In this document: piece by piece, positions 38,383 through 51,600 of the stretch
Numbering within the stretch: position 1 is the first letter of the stretch
Layout: each line of letters starts with the position of its first letter
Source: Podarcis gaigeae
Lineage: Eukaryota
Assembly (NCBI GenBank): GCA_964106915.2
Contig: OZ066921.1
DNA: 64,000 bases
Reading direction: 5' to 3' (one strand)
Position numbers and translations under genes: made by a program
The notes under the pieces: model-generated
Seen by the model: the letters and a program-made list of their open reading frames with translations, nothing else
What the model was told of the DNA's origin: nothing
The model's database searches: none

Positions 38383-39637
38383 CTGCCGCTGCAGGGCCAA
38401 GGCTCACAGGAACCCCTCTGGTTTCTCATCTCATACACTCATTTCGGACATACCTCTTTTCCCACCCTTTAAGGCTAAAAAGCCTTTGGAGGATGCTGGA
38501 GTGAAGGTTTTGGAAGGAGCTGGGTTCTGTGCCACTCCAAACCAGACTTGCAGGAGAGTTTGGTGGAAAGCGTATCCCCCACCAGGAGGTGTTCTCCAAA
38601 GATGTGCGCAACTAAAACTCCACGACTGAACGGATTGTTAAAGAGCTTTAATAGCATGTGAGGTGGGAGCACCCCAATACAGAAGGGGTTACACACATGG
38701 TCAACATGTGACGTGGGGCCGCCAGGGCACTCACGCTCGGGGGGGAGGCCCCCCAGCTACCCACACCTGCGCTCTATTGCTTCTTTGAGTGCTGGGTCAG
38801 CCCCTCACTCGCAGAAACCCCTCTCCACCCCCTGTCCAGACGTAGGCTGGTCTGTATGCAGTCTCTACCGCAAATAGCGCCCTCTTCCCTCCTCCTCGTT
38901 GCCAACGCAGAGCCTTGCCCGGTCAAGAGAAGCGGGCGTCGTAATCAACTGATCCCGGCAGCGGTCTGGGTGTGCTTTCTTCTTCCTTCGCCTCCGGCGA
39001 CCGAAGCAATAACCCTGTCCAGAACTCAAGGCCGCAGACTCCCCGCCCGACCCCCTGCAGCTGTGTGTATGTGTGTGTGTGTCTGGGGAAAGACTCCCCT
39101 CCACCCCAGTTACGGACACAAAAGCAACGAATATGTGGGTTCTCAAAATATTTAACATTATTAAAAGGGCGGGGAGGGGCCTTGAAATTGGAACCCGGCA
39201 CTTCGCACGGGTCCATCGCTCAGGACCCTTTGTAAAACTGTCCCCCAACTCGGCCCCGTCGCTGGTCTCCGCTGCATTGAGAGAGAGAAAGAGAGCAAGG
39301 CCTGTGTGTCCTGGAATGGTTTTTCAGCACCACCACTTGAGTCCTGGGGTGGAGGGGGAAGCGAAGGGGCTGGCAGCAGTCCAGAGCCCCTCCCTCTCGG
39401 AGCAGACAGGCTGGAGAGGAGTGCAAGAAGAAAGGGGAAGAGTCTGCATAGGAAGGGCAGCTGCCTCCCTGCTTCCAGTCCCTGAGCAGGGGCACAGAAA
39501 ATGGGGGAAGCACTTAGCAAGGGAAGGAGGGCTGGAGGGACGAACAGAGATGGCAGTGGGTGAGAGGGGGGGCAAAGCTCCAATATCCCCCCCCCCACTC
39601 CTTTTCCACAAGGCTGTTTCTCTCTGCTCACGGCTGT

Positions 39638-42600
39638 TCATCTGCTGCTGGTGTTGCCTCCGCTGCCGCTGCCTCCTGGGGAAGACTGCTGGTTACAGTC
39701 CCAACTGGCAGCTGTTGTAGGAAGGGGAGCAGTTGTGGCGGTGGCAGCAGAGGTGGCCTCTGCTCCTTGCGCACAGTCCTGCGCCATGGTCAGCTCCAGA
39801 GGCTGCCCTGCTTCCGCAGCGCTGCCCTGGCTGGCGGGGCCTCCGGGCTCCGGCGTGCTCGGGGCCTGCTCCGTGGGGGTGGCCGCCTGCATGATCTTCT
39901 GCCGCACTTCCCGGATCTTGAGCTGCAAGCAGACCTTGGTGGGGAATATGTCGGAGTAGCGGGCCTGGAAAGCCGCGGTGGCTTGGGCTGCCAAAGAGGG
40001 AGGGAGGGAGGAAAGGTGGTGAGTGCCGCAGCAAGGAGGGTGGGGCGGAGAACGGCTGGGGAATAAAAAAGGGGGGTGGGAAGAAAGCTTGCAAACTAAT
40101 GCAGAGAACTGAACTAGGCCACAAAACAGAGAGAGAAAGACTAAGTAATATTACAGTACTCTCTGAAATGTTTTGAACGCTAGGGCCACATTGGGCAAAG
40201 ATTCCTGCATCTCAGGGGGCTGGACTAGATGATCCTTGTGGTCCCTTCCAACCATACAATTCTATGGAGCGCATTCCCTCATATGAACCTTCCCTGGTTT
40301 TGAGATTTTTCAGGGGAGGCCCCTCTCTCGAGTCCCACCACCCTCAGAGGCACTCTTGGTAGGGATGCAGGAAATGGCTGCCTCAGTGGCTGCTGCCATA
40401 CTTTGCAACTCCCTCCTTAGAGAAGTTAGACTGGCTCCCTCTTTGTCCTCCCTCCAGGCACTTGTTCCAACAGGCTTTGGGGAACTGAGTGCTTTTAATG
40501 AAAGGGCTGGTGCTATGCTGTTTTTATTTGTATGGTTTTAATATATTTTTCATAGATTTAATTCTATTAATGTTCAATTTTTAAAATAATTGTTGTTTTT
40601 TCAAAGGCGGGGTATATGAATGGATGGATGGGATGAATGAATGAATGAATGAAGTGTGATTCCTCTACAGAGATGCAGCCACCCTTTCTAACAGAACAAA
40701 TACAGAAACTCTTCCCTAGGCAGTGCTTTAACAATGTGAAGAACCTGGAGCATACGCCCCACCCACCAGCAAAGCCAAAAAATATACAGAAGAAGCCTAG
40801 AGGGGTACAGTCAGTCTCGGTTCCTGTTCCAAACTGAAAGCTGCCACTCACATAGCAGCAGGAGGATGCAGAGTTGTTCTACTTCAGTCTTTCCTAACCT
40901 GCTGCCCTCCAGCAGCTGTTGGGACTACAACTTCCATCATCCCCAGCTACTGGCCGTGGTGGTTGGGGCTGGTGAGAGCCAGGAATCCAAAAAAAACCGC
41001 CAGACGAGGAAAGCTGCTCTCGATTACATTTCCACAACTGTCTGGTGGACCCTAAAATGGCTGCTCAGTTGAAACCCAAAAACTACAGTCGTTTTTCTTG
41101 CAGTGGAGGAAGGGTCCAAGGGCGGCGGGGGGGGGGGGGGAATGAATCCCCTGCAGGAAAAGGAAAATCCAAACTTCTACTCCCCCAAGGACAATGTCAG
41201 CTGGGAAAGCCGGGCTGAGCTTCCTCCTTACCTGAAGGGAAGAATCCATGATCCTGGAAGAGCTGCATGACCAGAGCCCTCCTCTGGTCCAAGGTACGTC
41301 GGAGTGAAGAGTATGGCACCTTCTCGTATTCCAGCTCCCCAAGTACGTCTTCTGTGTCTGTGCCTAAATTGAGAAAGGATCTATGATGCACCTGGAGCCA
41401 AAATGCCCCTTTAAAAAGTTTGGGGTATGGGTGGTTTGCTAGCGGATAGTTGGGAGATTGCCTGCTCTGAATGGGGTCACCCTCCCTCTGAAGAAGCAGG
41501 TACACAGCTTGGGGGTATTTCTGGACCCTTTCAGTGCTGCTTGAGGCTCAGGTGGCCTCTCCTCCACTGCCACCTTTTCTCCCCAATCATCCCCCTGCCC
41601 TCCAACCTTACTCACCGGTTTTGTCAAAGGTGAAGATGTCTCCTTCGCACTTGGCACTCTTGGGAGTGTTGGGCTCCGAACTGCAGCTGGAGCGGCGCCG
41701 GATCTTCCGCTTGGGGGAGATGGGGTCCTCTGTAGAGGAGTCCAGGTCTGAAGGGGACACCCGCACACAAGTCGTGTTACCAAGTCAGGGGAGGGGAAAG
41801 CCCTGCCCCTAAAAAATCTGCACCAAATTAAACTCAAGGATGCAGAATTACGGGAGAGCCTGGAAATAGGAAGCAAAGTTACGCTTCCTTTCCCACTTGA
41901 TCCCAGAAATGTGAAAGGGGCGGATATCCCACATTGCTTTTTGACTCCAGTAACCTCCTGGGCAAACTTGTCCTGGCTGGAGACTCTCCACAGAACAGAT
42001 GGTACCCCATCCTCCATATCTGTCAGGCTTTGGGGAATCAGATCCCTCCCACGGTGGCAGCCCAGAATCGAGAAACGATTAAAGTTCTTACCAAGCAATT
42101 TATTCAATAATTCACAGAGAATGATGAAGGAATGCAGCAATCCCTATAATGGCATTGCTTCAAGTCCCACCCCCTTCGTCTCTCTTATCCTACGTCATCC
42201 CTGCGCCGGTTGGTCTGGACTTCTGTCTCTTAAGCTTTCTGTTTGGCTACTCTCACTGCACGCCTAGTCCTGGGGGAGGGGGAATCAGGAATGCTCTCCA
42301 AAGACACTGAGTCTGTCATCTGTCTCTCCCCCAGTGAATCTGCTTCCTCTTCCAATATCGCCCAGCTTTTCACCTCTACATCCTCTGAACTATGTCCTTC
42401 TGCAAACCACTGCTCTAAGTCTATACTGTCCTCCTGTTCACAGGAAGGTTCATGAGAAGTGTGGGGGACGGCCACCACCCTTCCTCCTCCGTCCAGCCCC
42501 TGACAATATCTATGTCTGCCGTTCTCATCTGCTCCTCTGTGTTTGTCCTCTCTGTTGCCTTGGAAATGCAATGCCCAGCAGCCGCTAGCACAGAAGGCTA

Positions 42601-45600
42601 TTCCTGGCCCTGCCTGGCTCCTTACCGGTAGAGTTCTTGCGCTTCTTCCGGTAGCTGCCGAGGATGGCACGGGGCGAGGTGGCAAGAGACTGCAGGGTGG
42701 GCGAGGGCAGCACCTCCTCGGGCTTGAATTCGGGCAGCTCGGCAAAGCGCTCCTCAAAATCCACCTCCGACAGAACCCTGCTGGGGAAGGGGACAGGGTG
42801 TGGGTCACACCGTGCAGTCAGGGGCTCCCGCAGAACATGCCCCCCCAACACACACGCTGCCCCCCCCAACCCAGCAGCCTCCTCGTGCTTTGCTCTTCAA
42901 AAGGCCAGTGCTTTCCTCCAGGGTCCCTCCACCACCAGTGACAAGTCTTTGTGGAAACCTTGTCTACGGAAAAGGCCGCCTTCACCCGTGAATTTAACTT
43001 GCAACACCGCCCGTTCCGCAAGAGAGTGCTAACCAACGTGTGTGTTTCTGCCGGATGCGATGCTGGCACGTACTCTCTTACCGACGTGTGAGCTCAGGGC
43101 ACTTTGCACACTTATTTGCACATTATGGAGGCACGTGCCTTTTCTGGAATTGGGCTGTTAGTTCGGCACAAGCATCAACAGCTGTGTGGAAAAGAGTGAC
43201 ACGGAAAGCAGCCTTCACACGTGCCAAACCAAGCTCAACTCCCCCCTGGCGTCTGCAGCTTCCCAAGCTTCCTAGCTGCACAGAGTTCTTCGCACATTAG
43301 AATGCACTGCCACAGAACCTCCCTGGCTCCATGTCACTGCAGGGGCAGAACATCTGGGAGAACCAATCTCAAATCTCCACTCGGCCATGAAGCTCGCTGG
43401 GTGGCCTTGGGCCAGGGACTCTCTCTCAGCCTAGTCTACATCACAGGCTTGTTGGGAAGCTCTGACTGGGAGAGGAGCCATCTTCAGATATCTCAAGGGC
43501 TGTCACATGGAGGATGGAGCAAGCCTATTTTCTCCCGCTCTGGAGGGTAGGACCTGAACCCATGGCTCCAAGTTAAAGGAAAGGAGATTCTGACTAAACA
43601 TCAGGAAGAACTTTCTGACATTAAGAGCTATTTGACAGTGGAACGGTCTCTTCCTCAGGAGGTTATGGACCCCTTGGAGGTTTTAAAGCAGAGGTTGGAT
43701 GGCCATCTCTCATGGATGCTTCAGCTAAGATTCCTGCACTGCAAGGGGTTGGACTAGATGACCCTAAGGGTTCCCTTTCCCACTCTACAGTTCTATGACT
43801 CTAGGAGAACCATGTGATAATACGTATAAAATAAATATAATCAGTATGAACAGAAGGTGGTCCCTTCAAGCTAACTGCCAGCAGCCAACTGCCGATTGAA
43901 GGAAAGGAGTGGCTGAGGCAACCCAGTCAGATGGTTGGCATGTAAATAAAATAATAATAATAATATTGTATGAACAAGCAAGCTGCATTTGGGGGGTAGG
44001 AGGGGGGAATTCGACAACCCCTGATGAAGAACTCCAGATACACTTTGCAAAACGTAACTCCTGGGGAAGGGATGGAACTTGGTGATAGAGCATCTGCTTT
44101 GCATGCAAAAGGTCCTGGGCTTCAACATCTCCAGGGAAAGACTCCCTGCCTGAAACCCCAGACAGCCACTGCCAATCAGTGCAGACCACTCTGAGCTAGC
44201 TGGACCTAATAATCTGACTCTGCATACAGCAGCTGCCTGTGCTTTAGGTCTTTGGCAACCCATTCCTGCAGCTCCCCAATCACTCACTTGTCGACAGAGT
44301 CGAAGGTTTTCTTCAGCGGCGGAGGCCGGACCTTGACTTTCTTCCCCACGGGGACCTCCTTCTGCTCGGGCCCGGCCTCAGATGTGGAGGCTGCTGCTGC
44401 TGGAGCAAGGGTCGAGGGGCCTCCTCTAGGGGCCTCCGTGGAGATCGAAGGACCAGGGCTGAGCGAGGAAGTCAGCGGGCCTGCGGATGGGGCAGACGCT
44501 TCACCACGGCCCTCAGCACTGGCCGTTCTCCAGTCTGGGGAAGTGCAGAACTTGTGGGCCTGGGGAAGAAAGGAATAGGGTGTTTACTACCAGAGAGCGT
44601 CTGGGAAGAGGCATTAAGGAGGGCGAGCCAACATGGAGGCAGATCAGCAAGGCTGGCAAATGGGGAGGTGAACTACTAGTGGGGAGACACTCTCGCTTGG
44701 TTCGCAAGGCAAGATGATTATGTGTGGGAGGTTATTATATAAATGCGCAGCCCAGAATACTCAATCCTGATGTTCAAAACCCTGTAACCTTTCGTGATCT
44801 TAAAACTAGGTGAAAGCAGGTGAAAACGGGGAAGATCTTCCAAAGTCTCCAGGAGATGCTCAGGCCGCAGCTTGGGGGAATCTCCAGGGACATGCTGGCT
44901 GGGGCTGATGGGAATTGTAGGCCAAAACATTGGCTGGTGCGGGGGGAGCGCATGTTGGTCAAGGCTGGCACAGAGAGAGGGATTCTCAGTGGCTGTGCTC
45001 CCCAGACGCACAACCATCACCCTGGAGCTTCTGCTGGAGACTTTGTGGAAGATTTTTCCAGTTTCCGCCTGCCCCAGTGAAATGTTGGGGGTGGGGGTTG
45101 GGTTGGCAAAGACGGTTGCGGGATTTCCAAGCGCTGGAAGCACAGGTTGAGCAAAGGCCTCCTGTCTCCTCCTTACCGTCTCGGTCCCTTTGCTGCCCAG
45201 TGGAGGGTCACGGACCGCCCTCTCTTCGCCGGCTCCTGCCTCCCGCTGGCTCCAGATTTCCGCGGGCGCCGCCTCCGTAACCTGTGGTTGCTGGGGAGAC
45301 GGGGGTGACACTGGCTCCCAGGACTCCCGCTTCAGATCCTGGGCTTTGGGCGGGGGGTTCTGTTCGCTGCCCCGGCACACGGGGGAAAGAGGCAGTTCCT
45401 GGGGCCCCGCCTCCCGCAAAGTCCGGGCTTCTCCCGCAGCTTCGGCCTCCCGGTGGCATCGTGACCCTCCGGGCTCCTGCTGCTGCCCTCCGGGGGGCCG
45501 GGTCGGACCCGGAGAGGGGGAGGATTCGTAAGAGCCGACTGGGATGCTGGCGACCGTGGCCTTCACCTTCTGGAGGGGCTTGAGCGGTGGCCGCTGAGGT

Positions 45601-48600
45601 CGGGGAACCGTTGGAGGAGCGGCAGGGGTAGCTGAGTAGGAGGGAGGTGGGAAAACGAAGCTGGTTAGAGTCAAGTCAGAAACGCCCAAAAGGGAACGAA
45701 AGCCCACCTAACTCAGGATCCGAGCAGATCCGGCACCACAGTAACATAGTGCTGCCAAGCAGGAGTGCCCCACACACTTTTTAAAAAATAAATTTAAATC
45801 TTTATTGGTTCAAAATACAAAGATACAAACATACAATGAAGGTAAGTATTTCAAATTTAAATAAAAGAAAAGAAAAGAAAAGAAAAGGGGGAAAGGAAAA
45901 TTTTGAAACAAAGACAAAAAAATGATAAAAAGAAAAAAAGACCAAAGATTTATACGACATGATATCTATAAAAAAAATATATTTTTTTTTGCAAAAAACT
46001 TCCGATCTTTCTCTTTATACTTTTTCTGTTGTCATGGTAATATCCTTTTTCATACATTCCACTATAATGGAATGCACTATAGTGGAATGCACTTTTTTTT
46101 AAAAAAAGCAAGATTTGTACTCCTTATGGACTTCAAATGATGCAAAATGATGGGCAACATTTGCGGGGATTACAAACTGCAGCCTAGGTGTACAATTTGT
46201 TTCTTTTAGCCCAGTGTCCTCCCTGGCTGCCTCCCCTACTTCTCAGTTTCCTCCCTCTGGGTCAAGCCCCACCTTCAAGTGGGGCTTCCCTGCTGCTACC
46301 CACCCACCCACCCACCCACCCACCCCGTACCTGTGGAAATCAGGCCCTGGCTGGGGCCCCCTGGGCTCTGAGTGCTGCTGCCCCCCTTGGGCAGGATGGC
46401 TGTGGGAGAGGAGACTGTGACGGTGCTTGTGGCTGCCACCGTGTAGACCACGCCATGGCTGGTGGGCTGAGCAGGACTGGTCCCCGTGGGGCTGGGGTAG
46501 ATGGCAGTGATGACCTGCCCTTGTCCGGCACAGGACGCCGGGAGCTGGGGGCTCTGCAGTGGGGACACCACTTGCCCTGGAGCCAGCAGAGGGTTCTGAC
46601 CTGCAGGAAGCAGAACGGGCAGTGGAATCATAGGCAAGCCAGTCGACCCTTGGCGCCATCTCTCATTGCCCCCATGCCCCTTGCCAAGTGCATCCGTCCA
46701 GCCTGGCCCCATCCGCCCCCCCCAGCTGCCTTGCCAACCTTACCTGAGAGCAGCGGCTGCACTATGGCCTGCCCATTCGGCCCGATGGCTGTGAAGCCCA
46801 GTGCCATGGGGGCAGGGCCCACTGGGGACTGAACGTAGGTCGTGGCAGGTGTGGCCGGGGGGGCGCTGGGTTGTGTGTGGGAGGCCGAGGTGCCCAGGGA
46901 GAGGGGGTGCCCGGCTGTTGACTGCACGTAGGTGATCCTGGGGGCAGAGAGAGGGGGGAGAGTGTGTTATAGCAAAGGAGGTGGCTGGTGTTGAAATGAA
47001 CAAGATCGTGCCCTTCCCACCTTCCCCACTCCCCAGGCAGAGTGCCCCCAGGATCTGGCGAAGCCAATCAGTAGGCGGGTGGTCTGTACCTGGTGGAGGA
47101 GGGCAAGAGGACTTTCTGGGTTTGGCTCGGGGAGCCCATGACGGCAGTGGCCACAGTGCCTTGGAGAGCAGCTGGGCTAAGGGGTGGCACCAAGGTGGCG
47201 CTGCTTTGCGAGGAGGGCTGGGGCTGAACCACGGGCACCGGGGTGAGCTGGATGATCTGGAAAAGCAGAAAGACGGGGTGGCCAGGCAGACCTGTCAATC
47301 AGAACTGTCAACCAACATCATGAAAACACTGTTTCCACACGCCATTCAGGCCTGATTTGTCAGAATTCAACATCTGCAGTAGTAGGAACGGTATTCGTGT
47401 AACCTATGCTGCCTTAGGTGCCCTAACTGGAAGAGAGGAAGGAGTGTTGAAGTGTGAGTGGGAACTGCAGCCTGTGAGCAGTAGGGACAGCGAGTTGTGA
47501 GGAAGAAACCATCTGAGCCCACCAATCACCTTTTAGTTTTATCCCTCCTTGGTTTTTAAACCCCCCCCCCCCCAATCCTGAAGATGATCAACTCGTCCAA
47601 AAAAAGAGAGATTAAAAGCAGAGTTTTCTCAGCATTCCAGTCGAAGCAACGCAGTGTGGTGTAGTGGTTAAGAGCGGTAGTCTCCTAATCTGGGGAACCG
47701 GGTTCGTGTCTCCGCTCCTCCACATGCAGCTGCTGGGTGACCTTGGGCCAGTCACACTTCTCTGAAGTCTCTCAGCCCCACTCACCTCACAGAGTGTTGT
47801 TGTGGGGGAGGAAGGGAAAGGAGAATGTTAGCCGCTTTGAGACTCCTTAAAGGGAGTGAAAGGCGGGATATCAAATCCAAACTCTTCTTCTGTACCAAAG
47901 TTTCAATCCTCCAGTTTCGCAGCATGCCTGTGGCCTGACAGCAGAGTGCCATCGTTCAGCTGGGTTGAGTTTTTCTTTGCTTTACTTATAGAACGAGCAA
48001 CTGAATTAAGCACTGCTACACAACGTTAAGAGGCTCTGCTCTCTTCCCCACGTTGTACTACGTTAACAATATACTTAAAGAAACTTGATTACACTATTTG
48101 CAAGGAAAAGGGGGAATACAAGAGTCAAAAACAAATGAAAGAACTGTACTAGCCAAAGGTATCTTGGCAGGTTATAGAAAGCTTGGGGTTTGTTGTTTTT
48201 TTACATGCCATGAATTAAAGACCTTGCGGTTCAAGGGAAGTACCTGGACTTTGAAACCCAGAGGGTGACCCAAGTAGGATATGCAGAGGACAGGGAAAAA
48301 AGACTCCTACATGGGGTAATTTCAAACCCCCATCCCTAGGCTTATCTACTGCTCCATGAATTGGCCACCTATCCACCTTTGTGCAAGAAAGTAATAATAG
48401 CAGCTGCCAGAACAACTACTACTACAACAACTACTATTATTATTGGACAGTCCTGCAGCATTTATGCCAAGCGTAGTATTCACAGTTAGCAGATACCACC
48501 ACCTTCACCCGTCGCATAAGGTACACAGCCCCCCCCCCAATTAACTAACCTTGCTGGCTGGCTGGCTCCCGTTCTGCACCGGGACGGGGAAAGGTGGGGT

Positions 48601-51600
48601 CACCAGAGGCAGCTGGGTGGCAGTGGAGGTGCGCACTGTCACCTGTGGGGGTGCCATGGGCACCAGGACCTTGCCTTGTACCTGGAGCCCAGCAGGGGGC
48701 ACCACCTGCCCAGACACGAGGTGGGTTGAAGTTCCGGGAGATGGAGCTTGAACTGGAGACACTGACTGAACTGGGGGCGAGAGAGGGGGAGAGAAGAGAG
48801 GTGCACACAGCGAGGTCAGTTTACGGATCTCAAAAAGCCCAGCATCTGAGCGGAGGTACCAAGGTACCACATCTCATAAAGGATGTTGCAGAGCTGGGAA
48901 AGGCACAGGACAGGGCAACTATCGGGAGGACAAAAGCACCTCTCCCTACGAGGAAAGCTACATTTGGGGCTTCTCAAGTTTGGAAGATCGATCAAGGATT
49001 ACGTAATTCTACTGTTTTCCTGCAAGATCGCCTTACCCTGTATGTGGCTGCCCAACCACTTTGATCCACAGAACTGGCACTGTGACAGAGGCCACGTAAT
49101 GCTTGCTTCCCATTTGCAAGGAATCAAATCTTCCAGGGCGGCAGCACCCATATGGCGGAGCCCCTTCCTGCCTGCTGACTTCAGGCAGGCACCTTCACCT
49201 TCATCTTTAAAGGGCAGCGGTTGGGGGAGGGGGTTACACCAATTCATGGAGGGCAAAGGCTATCAAGGGCTACTAGCTGTGATGGTCACATAACACACGT
49301 TTCTGGAGAGGCCAATTGACCTCATGCCTTTCACTGTGGGCTCCCCAAAGGCACATGGCTCTCACCATGGAAAATGGGATACTGGACTAGACAGGGCCCT
49401 GGCCCAATGCAGCACGGCTCTTCTTGGATCTTTTACACCAGGGAGAGCCAATGTGCATATTCTTGTCGGCCGCCCGCCTCTTGCTTGCCCAGGGACCGGA
49501 AGTGAACTCTGCCATACAAAACGGTGACCCACGCCATCACCACTAACAGTTAGGAGAGCTCAGTTAACACAGAGGTGGTAGGAGGTTCAGGTAAACCCCC
49601 CTTCATGTATTAAAAATGTCTGGAACCTGGCGCTTCTAAAATGTGTAACGCTTTGGGGCACGGTGACCCTCCAGGGATGAGAGATCCGTTAATGAAAATG
49701 AATCTCTTTCTGCACTCCATCATGGGGCATGGATGAACTAGCCAGGAAGCATTCTCAATCAGTCTTAGGAATTACAGAGAGACTAGGCAGGGTGAGGTCT
49801 AAGCCTCTGATGTGATGCAATTATCTTTTTTAAAAAATAAAATAAAATATTGGTACGGAGGGCATATCAAGCAAAAAGGCCCGTGCCCTTACCTTTGGAT
49901 GCTGAAGACATGACGGTGACATTGCTGTTGCCGCTCCCTGGAGCAGGCTGGATGATGGGGATGGCTTGGGGTGTGGCAATCACCTTCCCGTTGGCTGGCG
50001 GAAGAGTGAAATGGATGCTGGCAGCTCCAGGAGCACCTGCTCCCGCCGGCACCTTTCCCCCGGCCACCTGCAGCTGCTGAGGCAAGGTGGGCAGGATGTA
50101 CTGCACCTGAGTGATGCCGCCTGCCTTGCCCGCTGCCCCCGAGAGGATGCCCTGAGGCTGCAGGATGCTGAGCGGCACTGGGCCGTTCTGCCCAGGCCCA
50201 GGCGGATTCTGCGTGATGAACTGCACCGAGGGCTGCTGTGCGATGGCGCCGGGGGGCAAGACAGTCACCGGAACGGCAGCCCCTCCCACGCTGCCCGCTT
50301 GCCCGTAGCCTTGAGCTCCCACAAGGAGGTTGGTCACCACGCTGCCCTGGTTGGCAGGCCCCTTCCCCACAGCGGTCAAGCCTTGCCCAATGAGAGGGCC
50401 GGCTACAAGGTGAGGTGACGTGGCTTGGATCCCGGGCATCGCCGAGGGCGGCTGAGTCTTCTTGTCGGCGTAGAGGAGGCCGAGGCGCCCCACAGAAATC
50501 CCTTCCGCCTTTGTGGCCCCATCCGAGGGAGGGGGGCTGAGCAGCGGGAGCCCCTCCCCTGACCCGCGTGGGAAGGGCTTGCTGGCGATGGGCACCGGGG
50601 TGCTGCTAACCGGCTTGACCACGTTGGTGACGACGGTGGAGGCCGTGCGGACCAGGCTGGGTGCGCCGCTGTAGCCGATCACTCCCACATTTGGGGCGCT
50701 CATGGACGGGGCCGTCACCAGCACGGTGCCCGAGGACAAGCGGGTGGAATCGGAGAGCACCACGGCCTGAAACATTCCACCAGGCGAAGAGATGACCGAG
50801 TGAGTAGGGGCGGCCAGGGGGGCCACCCCAGACTCTGTGGCTGCTGCCTGAGAGCCCCCTCCAGCACTGTCTGCCCGCTTCCGCCGGTAAGAGGCCGCCG
50901 CCGATTCGAAGCGTGGCTCCAGGCGTTTGGCTGGGGTGTTGTGAGGGCGAAGCCCTCCTCGGGAGTCTTGGGCCTTGAAGGTGCTGGGTGCCAGCTGGAA
51001 GGAGCCGTACGTCTTGGGAGGGGGCTGCTGGTCGAGGCTGTGGGGAGGCAGGGGTGGCTCCAAGTCCAGAGGGGGTGGCGGGCGGCAGGGGGCGAAGGCA
51101 CCGGAGGAAGGAGGCAGCGCAGCCGAGCGGATCACCGGGGAGAAGAGCTTGCGCCCAAAGTCCTGCGAGTAGATGGGGAAAGGGTTAGAAGGCTGTCGAA
51201 CACCCGTGAGCAATCTCCTCCACAGCGTTGCTTTCATACTCTTCCTTACAGCATCGCCAGTCCTGAATAGCAGTGGGTTGGACTAAATGACCATCGGAAT
51301 CCTTTGCAACTCTACAGTTCTAAGTCCCAAAACAGGAATGAGTTCTGAACCAGGACAGTTTGCATTTCGAATCTCACTTCCACCAAGAGGGCAGCAAAGT
51401 CCCCCTCTCTCAGCTCCAGCGCCTTGCCTGCAAAGGACTGTGCTTGTGTTTGCTCATCTTAACACAAAACATTAATTAAAAACCTCTAAAGATGCCATAC
51501 CAAAAGCCAGGAGTTTAGCTTGCAGCAAGGAAGACGCAGGCGGTGCTTTGAACACTCTGAAGCATCCCACTGCTAGACCCCCACAAAAAGCAAAGATTCC

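Noticed and set aside
44718-45176. 329-aa ORF continuing 153 codons into CIC intron 15
   Set aside because: A good GTAAGG donor at 45176 joins in frame to exon 16. The extension runs through repeat-derived sequence.
39073-51270. Many long + strand ORFs overlapping CIC exons (e.g. 39073-39720, 46188-46832, 49966-50418, 50800-51270)
   Set aside because: They are antisense shadows of GC-rich coding exons, with no domains or splice structure.
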